A stretch of 64,000 bases of DNA. Source: Utricularia gibba (taxonomy: Eukaryota > Plantae > Magnoliophyta). The position numbers and the translations under genes were made by a program. The notes beneath the pieces are model-generated. The model did not search any database and was not told where the DNA came from. It saw nothing but the letters and a program-made list of their open reading frames with translations. Within the stretch, counting starts at the first letter, position 1. Each line of letters starts with the position of its first letter. The stretch lies in the NCBI GenBank assembly GCA_002189035.1, contig NEEC01000013.1, forward strand, positions 2,666,001-2,730,000. The letters are read 5' to 3'. Positions 52,486 to 64,000 of this stretch are shown here, in pieces.

Positions 52486-55400
52486 CTAGTGTTGAGGAAG
52501 GGTTGGGGGCTTGTCCACCATGTCATAATGAAGAACAAAGTTATCCTGTAAATGCAACCCATGTTTTCAATGGCCCCGATACGGAAAACATGCAAATGAG
52601 AAGAAGACGGTGGCACTAACCTTGCGAATCGTCTCCCATGAGTTGGGATCAAAACAGACGTACGTGCCCCTCTCATATGTATTTGTTTTGATGAGCTGCT
52701 CCATGTTAGGCACCCTCGTGATCCATAGCCTCAGCTCTTTATGGTAAAACCAGCCCCTATTATACCTGGAGACAGCAAACCGTCAAGTTGGCTGGAAACA
52801 TCCGACCACAAAAGGGAACAGGCAATAGAGGACCAGCATAGTAGTAACAGAAATTGTATATTGTAGCAACATACAGTTCGTTCGCGGCAAAGAGCTGTGC
52901 CTCATCCTTCGGCATGCTGCATGGTCAAAAAAGGTTCGTTATCACACCGCACGCCTGGGGGAGAGACAATGCAAGGTAGTGAATGCATACCTATAAAAAA
53001 CATAGAAGAGTGTGTCTATTGGGAACCTTGCGAAAAATGCCGGCTGCAGAAAACAGAAAACCCAACGTTTCATCGAAATGAGATGGTTTAGTAGTAAAGC
53101 AGCAGTGGCGTGCCAGGGAGATTAGGAACTGTGCTCACACTTAAAGGCTGTGGTTGCTTGGCATAATAGCATGGGGGCACAGTGAACTCCGGATCCCCCT
53201 TGGCGGGCTCATCTGACCAAGGGAGGAGAATGATTTATGCAGATTTTCAGACGAACTCAAGTTCAATCCCAGGGTTGCCAGGTCAACTCCATGTGCAAGC
53301 ATTGCCAAATCGGGATCATTCGTCCTCATGACATTTAAAAGACCACGCAATCCATATGGGTCTGAAGATCCCTGAGCTGCCGGCACTGGCTTCATTTGAT
53401 CCCTGTAGGGCTGACTGACAGGTGACATTTGCGGAAGGCGGAACTGAGATGCACTTTGATGCTGCGCATATTGCTGCAAAACCTGGTCATAGGGACCTCC
53501 CACACTCGATAACGAACCTGAAGAATTCATTGTCCGCATTCCCATCCCAAGCAGTCCAGTGCTCTAACAGTAAACCAGAAAAGAAAGCCTTTTCAATTAA
53601 AAAAGGGAGGAGAAGACATCAATGCTGCAAACCCGCAAAACTTCTGTAAATATGCAAGGATGATGTATTTAGACATCTCAGCTATACAAATGCAGCATGA
53701 AAAGGTTACAGACCATTAGAATAAAAATGATACGCAATTCATTTATTTTTTTGGTTTCAAATTTAAATAGGATGCATCAATTATGATAAGCATAAAATAG
53801 AGCACAGCTTTGGAGTATGACATTTCGCATACCTGTTGATGGAAATTTGAATTTGAAGATGCCAGAATATCTGAAGCATGTAGGTGGAGAAAATCTTGGT
53901 TATTCAAATTAGAAAAAGGCCCACCACTGCTACTTCCTGAGGACACATGTTGCTGTTGTTGCTGTGGCCGATGTGATGAGTATGTAGACCCTAGGTTGAA
54001 GCCAGCCGACCTCCCTATCTGCATTTCAATATCTACGTTACAAGCAATGATCGATGACGCTAAAGTTTATGGATGTCTCAGTCCTAACGAATTCCTACAG
54101 AAAAATGTTGAGGCTGCATCATGGAAACAGAACTATCAAGTTGCTCTTTTTGGTGTAGATCCACAGAATAGTCGTTACTGCTACCTGCAAAATAAAATAA
54201 AATATAAACTCCATAAATTAATTGCATATAGTAATGCTCTTCTCTAGTATTTGTTATCACCAGTATAGTGCAAGATATCAGATGGCATGTTGCTTGCCAA
54301 AAACACATAAACCAAGTTTGAGAGAATCAACCACTAACAGGTCAGTCCTATAATAACCTTTTGATCCCAAGGCTGGAAAGTCTTCATTTTGTATGCTAAA
54401 TTCTTGATTTTGCTGAACGACTGGATTAACACCTTGCTTCCGTAATAAAGCTACACCATATTAAAATTATCAATTCCATATGGAAGAAGTTGATAAACAA
54501 GAAATTTTGTGAAGACAAAACCCCTATAGTATTACCAAGATGCCCTTGTTGACCGCCAGATGAACTGGGACGACTTGTCAACTGAGGGAAATCAATCAAA
54601 TCAAAAGGGGCACCATCATTGGAAGTCACATCAGTCAACATACCCATACTGCTATAACTATTAAGTGACTGAGCATGGTTTTGTGATAAAGGACCACCAG
54701 CGGTTGGATAGGAACCGCCTAACATTGATAACATTTGCAGGTTACCTGAAAAAGCAAGACCGCGTCTTCAGCAAAATCAAAGAGAAAAACACGGATGGAG
54801 AAAGTGAAATTAGGAATAAGTCCTGAAATCAAATCTTGCAAAGTAGAATGGAAAGCATAGGCATACACTAGCAGAGGAACAAACACCTCGAAAACGTTAC
54901 CTTGTTGAAGAACACCACCCGACATCCTATTTGGTCCTTGTGCATTCATATTTCCAGTGGTGCTGTTAGCAGTTAAATTTAAGCGAGAAGCTATTCCTGA
55001 GGCTGGTAGCCCTGCACCTGAGCTAATGTTTCGTCCAATGTTTCCACCACCTACGATATTCCCAACTGAGCTGGAAATTCGGGCCCAGCATTTCCAAGAC
55101 TAGGAGACATGGCTAGACCTGGAACATTGGTTCGATTGCCCATTGATGCTGAACTTTGCAGAATTCCAGGGATTGAACCACCAAGTCCATTAGCGCCACT
55201 GCTAAATCCTTGGTTTCCCATTACACTCATACCACCTCTGTTCACCATCACATGAGAATTACCATGAGACATCTGCGAATCAGAAACATGGGTAAGCAAT
55301 ATAACAAAAAACAAGTGAAGGATGGCAGAGGCACAGAGTTCAAAAATAATATTTACATAAAGCATATGGAGTCTACGTTCCAAAAATATCACGATAACAG

Positions 55401-55906
55401 ATAAAGCCATGTCTCGTTACCTGAGACAGAGCAACTGGAAGGTTATTTGATCCATATCGCCCACTGGAAATATTTCCAGCACCTGGTTGGATCCCACTTG
55501 AAGGAATGTTACTCATAGTAGAACTTCTTGCTCCAAGCGCAACAGGCATGTTTGGAACATTAAAATTTCCATGAATATTTGGTAGCCCTTGCATGTTTCC
55601 TGCCCCATAATCCTTACATGATAAACTCAAAAAATAACAATCATAGAATATAAAACGATTTAAACACAGAACAAACCAGCGTGATGAAAGGCTGAAGAAC
55701 CAGAACCAGACTGCGCAGAAAATGATGGAGAAAATGAGCGAATAGAGGTGTCAGGAAGGCCTGATGTTGATCCATTGAGCGAGGACTGCACAAAGATATC
55801 ATTAGAAAACTGCATCACATAAAAGACAAAGCGTGCAGTAACGATGAAAATTATAGCAGTATTGCAATCGTGAACAACAGATCATTACGTTGATTAGCCC
55901 AGACAT
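52486..55906 (-). CDS. NOT2: CCR4-NOT complex subunit NOT2 (VIP2-like); apparent frameshifts at 55081-55083 and 53221-53223
   Basis: MSGLIN|SSLNGSTSGLPD, GNMQGLPNIHGNFNVPNM, FDLIDFPQLTSRPSSSGG, DPYGLRGLLNVMR...DLATLGLNL, DTLFYVFYS|MPKDEAQLFAANEL|YNRGWFYHKE and DNFVLHYDMVDKPPTLPQH*. Confidence 0.93.
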
Positions 55907-57379
55907 TGCTGCACAATCAAACTGGCATCAAGTGAGGGAACCCTCTATACTTGTAGTCCGTATCTTTCTCTTCAAAGCTCTTCAATCAGTCAGAGTATGG
56001 AAATTATACCGTATCTGAGAAAAGTATAACCGACAAACAGTCATTAACAACGCCCAAATCTGTTGAGAAACGCAAATTACGCAACAGAGGCCAGCCGCAC
56101 AGAGTGACAACAGAGAAAACACACGCGATTTACACCACAAGATGCAATAAAATCGCCACGTGCACGCAAAAAGATCCAAAAATATTTTTCCAATTCCAAA
56201 TTCAAGCCGTGCTTCTATTCCGTAACGATAAGAGGATACGAAATCTCACAAAAGAAAAAAGGAAACAATCCATCAGAAGCAATACCAAAAAAACACAAGT
56301 ATCCACACGCTGCGAAAAAAATAAAAGAGCTGGCGCATGGCCATAGAACCCGATTTCCGCCAGCAACGATAAAAGTTGAAGGAATTCTCGCAATGGCAGC
56401 TACCTTAAGAAGATTCGCGGCCGAAATCGCTCAAAATTTCGCCGTTTTCCGTGGATATCCGTCAGATCCCGACGTCTAGGGTTCGGGATTTGGATTTGGA
56501 ATGAAAACGATGAGATGAGGAAGATCAAATTTCCATTTTTTAATTTATATTGGGAGTGGTTCAATAATGCGTTAAAAGAAACCAACACCGTCGTTTCTTC
56601 TTCTTTTTTTTTGGGAGTTTCACAATTAAAATTCCCATTCAAAATTGTTGTAATTTTAGTTACATAATAAAAATAAATTATCTAATTAAATACAGAATAA
56701 AATTAAAAAAAATGTAATTTTCAACCACTACAAAAATAAAAAATACATCTCTTCGCTTTCGCCAAAAACTCCCCGAACCTAAAAACCTCCGCCACCGACT
56801 ATCGGCGGCTCCACCGCGAGAGCTCCTGCGAGACTACGTCTATCTCCGAACACGAAAAGGAAACGAGCTGCATCGAAGTCGGCAGAACATAAAGATAAAG
56901 CAAGCGTGTTATTATCTCCGGAGACGAAAAAGAAGCCGGCTGTTGTTGATGCGCTGGGGAGTATTGGCCGCTTGAAATCCTTGTTATTCAGCCACGGCGG
57001 ATACGATGAGAAAAATCGGGTTTTTCGCCTTCACATTCCAGATCGCCTCCAGATGATTTCAGAGGTCGACGGGGATGCCGAAATAATAAAGAAGGAAGGC
57101 CGATGTAGATGCAGAGCAACCTCCGAGAACACAACGAAGAAGACGGGTGGAAGAAGGCGAACGGTGTTTACGTTGGTTAAGTGTGGAAGAAGGGTAATGT
57201 AGTAATTTCACAAAAAATTAGATTATCCCAATAAAATATTTCAAAATGACTTTACCCACACCATTATACTAATAATGATAATAAAGAGAGGACAAGAGCA
57301 TGATTTGGTCCAATACACAAGCACGCATGAAATCGAAGCAAGCCAAAGCAACATAGATGGAAGCACTGGGGTTTGATTC

Positions 57380-59518
57380 TCATGGCTTCCAGAGAATGGT
57401 CGTCTCAGCGATCATGGAGGTGACCACGTACGGATCCATGTTCGAGGCTGGCCTGCGGTCCTCGAAATACCCTTTTCCCTCCTTCTCCGTGTCCCTCCCG
57501 ACACGGATCGACGCGCCACGGTTCGCCACGCCCTGGGAAAGACACGCAGGGAGGAGGATTCAAGTTCAAGTGGCGGTGCGTTAGAATGGAACAGTTCTGT
57601 TCCTAGAAAGAGGAATTACCCATGAGAAGGTGTTGATGTCTGCAGTTTCATGTCTGCCGGTGAGGCGTCGTTCGTTTCCTTCTCCGTAGGCCGCAATGTG
57701 GTGCTTGTGGCGGAGACCGAGCTTCTCGATCGCCTTCTTGATCACTTCGTAGCCGCCTTCCTCTCGCATTGACTTGGTACTGTAATTGGTGTGGGCGCCG
57801 GCGCCGTTCCAGTCTCCCTGGATCGGTTTTGGGTCGAATGACAGCACCACCCCGGCAATCTCGGTGATCCTCTGCGTTCATAGGAGTGAGGTCAGATGCA
57901 TTGTGTTGCAGAAAGGATATCAGTTCATGGAGTACCTCAAGAATGTATCTTGCAACCCAAACTTGATCTCCAGCTGAGATTCCCACAGCAGGTCCTACTT
58001 GGAACTCCCACTGGCCAGGCATGACTTCGCCATTGATGCCACTGATGTTGATGCCGGCGTAGAGACAAGCTTTGTAATGAGCATCTACGATGTCGCGTCC
58101 GAAGGACTTGTCAGCACCAACAGAACAGTAGTATGGTCCCTGGATTGCAGACAGTATTCATTCGCTAATGTCATCAAAGCACTATACCACTAAAATCGAG
58201 CTAGTTTTGCAGAAAGAGCTGCAAAAAGAAGACAAGGATTCGTCTTCATGTACCTGAGGGCCAGGAAATCCTCCCACAGGCCAGCCAAGCGGCCATTTCA
58301 CATCTTTCTGCAAGAGGGTGTACTCTTGCTCAATCCCATACCTGTGACCCGATCGCATCAAGTCTAGGACAGCTCGAAAGGACTGCAGGAAAGTTGGAAT
58401 CTTACCAGGGAACCTCAGCAGCAACATCAGGATGACTGAAGATCTTCTCAGCATCGAATCGCTTGTTTGTTGGAATTGGCTCCCCAGCTGGGGTATAAGT
58501 ATCACAAATCACCTGTAAGGAAAAGGTTAGAATAAAAAAAGAGGAGACAACTCAATCCATGAGCTATAAAGTACTGAGTTGAGTAATACAAGAATGTGAT
58601 TTCCTCTTCTGAATGGATCAGGAAAGATTGCTTGTGGGCTGCAAAACAAAAACAACCGCACAGCAACAGTGTGTTTTGATGTTATTTCGCAAGCGAAGAT
58701 AGAACTAATGTCGAGTGAGACTGGAGGAATCTTACTAGAGAATCACTTCACTGTCCTGACCAGGGGCTTGGCCTGTACTAGAGCCATCATAGTTCCACTT
58801 TGGAAGCTTCGAAGGATCAGAGACAGGGCCAGGAAGAGTCTGATTCATGGCATAAACGAATCAACAACAGAAATTCAGTGAAAAAGATGGCTGATAAAGT
58901 GAGCTTTGTATTCTGATATTATATGAAACACGATGAAATGAAGGCCATGGTTTTTTTTCATCCTTTTTTCTCCAGTACGAGCATGGAAAATGACATACCC
59001 TGGCCTTACTTCTAAGGTCCATACCGGATCCACCAATCCTGTAAGCAATCAAATAAGATAAAGTTCAGTGCTTTAAGAAGAATTAACAATAAAAAAAAAA
59101 GAAACCAACATCTGGAAAGATTCTCAAAAAAAGATCAGCAACAGCCATTTTCTTGATAACTAAACTGCAAAAGGCATGTAGAATAAAACAAAGACACCCC
59201 TGAAAACCTCCAAGAAACGAGGGAGCAACAAAATAAGGCAAAAGGTTAAAAAAAGCTTGGGAACCCAGGTTCCAGAAAATAAGAAAAGCCCACCAAACTC
59301 CAAAAAGAGTCATCTTTTACTGCAGAAAACACCCGTAAAGCGAACACGGCCATGAAAAACTCCTAGAAAGCGTGGAAGACGACGAAGGTAGTCGAATGCC
59401 CAGACCCCATGTTCCGAAATGGAGAAAGAAATTTGAAAACGAACCATATATACTCAGCAATCGTCTTCTCAGTAACATCGGAGAGATTCAAGTTTATGAG
59501 ATCGTTCAGGAGCGCCAT
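57380..59518 (-). CDS. GLN1: Cytosolic glutamine synthetase GS1, 9 exons
   Basis: [25 protein letters not shown]|[13 protein letters not shown]|...[14 protein letters not shown]...[13 protein letters not shown]...[17 protein letters not shown]...[10 protein letters not shown]; no transit peptide. Confidence 0.97.
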
Positions 59519-61452
59519 TCTATTTATCTTCTCTTCGACTCTGTGGTCCTGCTAAGGTTGACTGCCCACCTTAGAATGAATCCAACAATGAATGGACGAG
59601 AGGATCGAAGCGCCCCCTTTTATAGGCAGAGTAGCGCGTGGAAACTTGGATTCCTCCAAACACCCGTGAGATTCTTTCATACACAAAATAAAAAATAATA
59701 ATACGCAAATTAATATACATAATATAATCCACTCATTTATTTTAAATATTCCTAATCACATATGGTTGGCAATATTAAATTGTAGAAATTACCAAATAGG
59801 ACGGCTTAAACATGCCTTCGTCCTAATCTTTGGGAAGCCATAAACTTTAAACGAGCTATTTGGGTTCAATTTAATTTGAGCTTGATTAATCTTAGTTTGA
59901 GTTCGAGCTAAAACTCAATTCCTGATTCAATATTGAGTTCAATTTGTAAACATTTGATTCAAATTTACTCGTTTATACTTTAAAATTGATTTTTAATATT
60001 TATAGTTCCAAGATTATAATAACTATAGTACAACTTATAATTGATTCGCATTATTTGTTATAATTTGATTATAAGATAATGTTTCAAATATAAATATCAT
60101 AAAAATTATTAAAATAAATTTGTGGCTATTATAATGTAACCAACAAGCCATGTGGTGGGGATTTTGTGTCCACAAATGGATAATTGGCCATCTCAAATAG
60201 ATGCCACATATAACAATCCTTATGTATGGAATTATCAATTACAAAAAAAAGGAGACTAAAAAAATAGAAAAATCAAGAAAAAATAAATTTAGAATGTCAA
60301 GATTTCAAAATTGTAAGCAGAATATGAAGAAAATATCACTGTAATTAAATTTTAATATCAAATAAATTTATAAACATAATTTATACATTTAATAAAATTA
60401 ATATGAAAAAGACATCAATCAAATATGTTGGTATGCCCACTTCGAAATTTAGGAGTTGAAATTGAAGCAACATTGAATAAAGGGTAAGATTTCATTTGAA
60501 ACAATTTGAAAAAGAGTTATAAATCATTTTGATTATTTTAAAATTTATAAATTTAGAAATGTTTATTATTTAAAAAAATTAAAATAATTCTCAAAAATAC
60601 TTTTCAAAAAATTATATAATTTCTACCCTACCATTTGGCCACTAACCATAGTCCAAGGTGGTGTTTGAAGGCAGAGGTGGAAAGTAGCAAATGCTTTCAG
60701 CTGCTTGAAAAAATGGTGACGCAATCGAACTTGCTGCATTGAGGAAGCGGAAATCATAATGAAGATGCAGCTGGAAGGAGGGGAACGAGGATGAGGAGAT
60801 AAATGATGGTTGCCATGCAAAGAAAAGCTTTACTCCACCAGGCGGATGCTGAACTCCTCGCTAACTCTCAGAACAAAGCACATGAGAAACAGACAGATTC
60901 AAGATCCAAATGACATCAACCAACTCAGGTAGAGCAACATTTTGGAGCAACTCAAAGTGTCGATGCACTATTCAAGATGCTGCCGATGATAGTTTTCAAC
61001 TGCTTTGTGAAATGTCGATGGGAATGCCCAACGGCGCATCAAGATTAGGCACAAAATTCATCATCGGAAGTAAGTGTTCACAGCAATGCAGGATCGGAGT
61101 TCTCGGAAACGATCACGTACCTTGATCAAACCAGCATTGATCTCACAATGAAGCTGATGATAGACGAACTTCAGCTGCTTTGTGCTGACGGGCGATTTGC
61201 ATTATAGCCTCGAATGGAGAATCCGCCGCCGGCCTCTCGACCGGTGGGGATGCCGGATGCTGAAATGAAATTCGTGAGCCAAGAGCCGAACTTTATCCCC
61301 AAAAACGCCGTCTTATGCAAAATGATGACGTCTGCTATTTCCTTCAGCCATATTTACCCCTGACCGTTGCTATCTCCAGATTAGGGGTTTCTAGGCGATT
61401 AATCTTACACTCCCAGTTTAGTCAAATCTTGGTTTTGGGTAGGTGCTCGGCA

Positions 61453-63213
61453 ATGAATAGTGGATTGGGAGTTCTGTGTAAATGGAGTACCGCACCGATT
61501 TGGGTTCCCGTCGGGGTTGCGTTTTCGGAGCCAAGTGCTTCAGAAGATTTGTTCATGGCTCCCCAATTTGCTGCAATGCGGCGCCATTGAAGTCGGTTTC
61601 TAATGAAGAAACCATCGTTGTTGGTGATGAAATGTATGGGCGTAAGGAAGTTATCAGTATGACTCCCAGGCTCTATGACTACATTTTGGCCAATGTCAGA
61701 GAATCTAAGGTCTTCAATCTCTTTTGAGTCTTCATCATGTGCCAATTAGTATGCATTGTTCATGAAGGATTTGCTGCTTCCGCGTTTTAGATATTGCGGG
61801 ATCTTAGAGAGGAAACTGCTACTATGCGTGGTAGTCAAATGCAGGTAAGTTTTTGTGTGTCACTTGCTTCCTGGTAGATATTAAGCGCCTCACATTTTTA
61901 GCTGAGTCTCCTCTATGCTGAAGTTTGTAAATTTATTGTGTCAGACATCCCCAGATCAGGCCCAGCTTCTTGCAATATTAGTTCAAATTCTTGGCGGCAA
62001 AAGGTGTATAGAAGTTGGTGTCTACACAGTATGTATCTAGATTCATTTTTCCTTTTCTGCGGTCCTTTTCCTGGATGTTTATTTCGTCGAGTCTTCTCTA
62101 CAGTCATTTTCCTATCCTGTCAGGAAATAGTTTTCTGATTCTTTAGAAGTTGTTTGGTTCCCTTTCAGGGTTATTCATCTTTGGCAGTTGCTTCAGTTCT
62201 TCCAGAAGGAGGGCTCCTGGTGGCATGTGAGAAAGATGCGAAGTCAATGGAAATTGCACAAAAATATTATCAACTTGCGGGTGTTTCTACTAAGGTACAT
62301 TTTCATACCACCACCCTGACGGAATCATGAGACTGGTGTGTTTGAAGAACAATGTATCTGCTTGATCTGAGGATCTCAAGTTTAATTCTCGAGTTCATCT
62401 CATACCCTCATACAGAATGTCACTCTATTATCCATTGGAATTTAGGTTGATATCAGACTTGGACCAGCTGCTGAAACCTTGCAGTCCATGATTCATAATG
62501 GTGAAGCGAGCAGGTATTTTATTTCATTCGACACCCTACAGTTTCAAGTGTGTAACTTCTAAGCGCGTGCAAGCTTTGAATGCCATGCTTCTTGTTATGG
62601 ATCCTCAAAGAGGAATTAATCACGTAGGTTCTTCATTTCTTTCTGTAGCTATGATTTTGCGTTTGTGGACGCGGATAAGAGAATGTATCTAGAGTATTTC
62701 GAGTCGCTGCTGCAACTGGTTAGAAGAGCATGCTCCTCCCCACCCTCATTTTTGCACCAACTATCCATGCATTTTTTCCGCAATGAGCTTGTTCTTTACA
62801 CCACCGTGTGGGATGAAACTGTTGTAGATTGCACTTTGTGTCTGACATTCACAGCCATCCATGACAAGGAACCTGTTTTACTTATACTTAGTGCTGCAGG
62901 TTAGAGCTGGAGGCGTTATAGTTTTCGACAATGTGCTCTGGCACGGAAGAACAGCCAATCCCCTGGTACAACCTCTGCATCAAACCATCCACTTCAACAG
63001 CAGCCTGATGCTGTTAACTATGCAGGTAAACGACCCAAAGACTGCTAGCATCAGGAAGTTCAACGAAACTCTAATGGCGGACGAGCGTGTAAGCATAAGC
63101 ATGGTATGCCTCATCTCGATTGTTGGTTTAGCTTCGAGTTTTTTTCCATCTCAAACTTAGCTCCCATTTAGGTTCCCATTGGTGATGGCATGACCATATG
63201 TTGGAAGCGATAG
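61453..63213 (+). CDS. Class I SAM-dependent O-methyltransferase (CCoAOMT-like, organelle-targeted type); start at 61453 needs a +1 repair, otherwise start at 61482
   Basis: YGRKEVISMTPRLYDYILANVRESK|ILRDLREETATMRGSQMQ|TSPDQAQLLA...CIEVGVYT|GYSSLAVA...|YDFAFVDADKRMY|VRAGGVIVFDNVLWHG|VPIGDGMTICWKR*. Confidence 0.9.
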
Positions 63214-63749
63214 CCTTGTTGAATCGTTAGTAGCCAGCCATGTTGGAAGCCAGAATAGGGTCCAAAGTATAATATCCTATCACATGCTGTGATCTTGAAC
63301 CAAACTCTACAGATCTTGGCTAAGTTGTCAAGATTTCAGTTTTTTTCATGACATCAACTGCGTAGAGAGAGGTGAACTTTGGGAATTCACATCGTTTCGG
63401 TTCGATCAACTGGCGTCTGAGAAGAAGAGAAGCAGAGCATCACCTGGTGCTGTATGCAAACCAGACAGACCATCCTTGAATTTTTGTTTGGTGTTTAGTT
63501 CCAGATGCTGGTAGTTCAGGAACCTCTGTGCGGTTTGTTTATAATTATAATTAAAAAATTATTAAAAATTATTTGTAAAAATGATTCGCATTTTCGATTT
63601 TTTAAACATTTTCATTTGATTTATAATTTTGGTTTACGTAAAGGTCCCCTGCATGCACATACATAGGATAACTACTCTCCATATGCGGTACGGCAAAACT
63701 AGAAGGACGGCAACGCTTTAACTCAAAGCAGTTTCTCAACTTCTCCCCC

Positions 63750-64000
63750 CAGATGCTCTCCTCGCGTCTGCATTAGACGCATCATTCTCTCCGCTGGCGG
63801 ATCTCTGCGACGCAGAGAATTTCCGCCGATGTCCAGGAAGACAAGGATAGAGGTGATGGGATGGCGGCGGAAATTGGGACGCCGTCTCCAACGGCGGATT
63901 CAGGAACGCAGAGAATCGTGGGTTCTCTTTTGCTTTACTTCCCTCTTCATCTGTGTTCTCAACACGATCGATGCTTTGAATGCTTCCGATGATGGATTTC
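63750..64000 (+). other. Probable 5' end of the next gene, truncated by the window edge
   Basis: GC-rich segment with open stretch ...DKDRGDGMAAEIGTPSPTADSGTQRI followed by a GTGGGT donor-like site. Product not identifiable. Confidence 0.3.

Noticed and set aside
59860-59980. gagct/ttgagttcgagct-rich segment upstream of GS1 as a MITE or hAT remnant
   Set aside because: No terminal inverted repeats or target-site duplication could be defined by eye.

Overview
Eukaryotic (eudicot plant) nuclear DNA, unusually compact: 22 recognisable intron-containing or intronless protein genes plus a U2 snRNA gene in 64 kb (about one gene per 2.9 kb), with introns mostly 70-120 nt and several head-to-head promoters of only 150-300 bp. 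This density resembles a miniaturised genome such as Lentibulariaceae, which is inference only. Gene order: SYP22-like syntaxin(-), BPA1-like RRM(+), small TM protein(-), RING-H2 ligase(+), PMT17/18 methyltransferase(-), HD-ZIP IV HDG5-like(-), an unexplained spliced locus(+), SWEET(-), SCPL20(+), U2(-), CENH3(-), ZMAT5(+), ARF1(+), two tandem aldose/glucose-6-P 1-epimerase genes(-) separated by a ~1.9 kb (AAT)n array, GBF bZIP(-), DUF2358(+), TRAIP-like RING(+), HIPP(-), intronless aspartic protease(-), BAP31-like(+), NOT2(-), GS1(-) and O-methyltransferase(+). Six clear and two probable frameshifts in conserved genes are each repaired by adding one G or C to a G/C homopolymer, most likely long-read assembly error. 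The best candidates for real novelty are the diverged epimerase duplicate (His-to-Asp in the HGFA motif, new 16-aa x4 tail, giant AAT array), the intron-free A36/A39-type aspartic protease, a GBF apparently lacking its proline-rich region under a G-box cluster, and a multi-exon locus with no recognisable product. No CRISPR array, rRNA, tRNA or intact transposon was seen. Gene names come from motif recognition by eye, not database searches.
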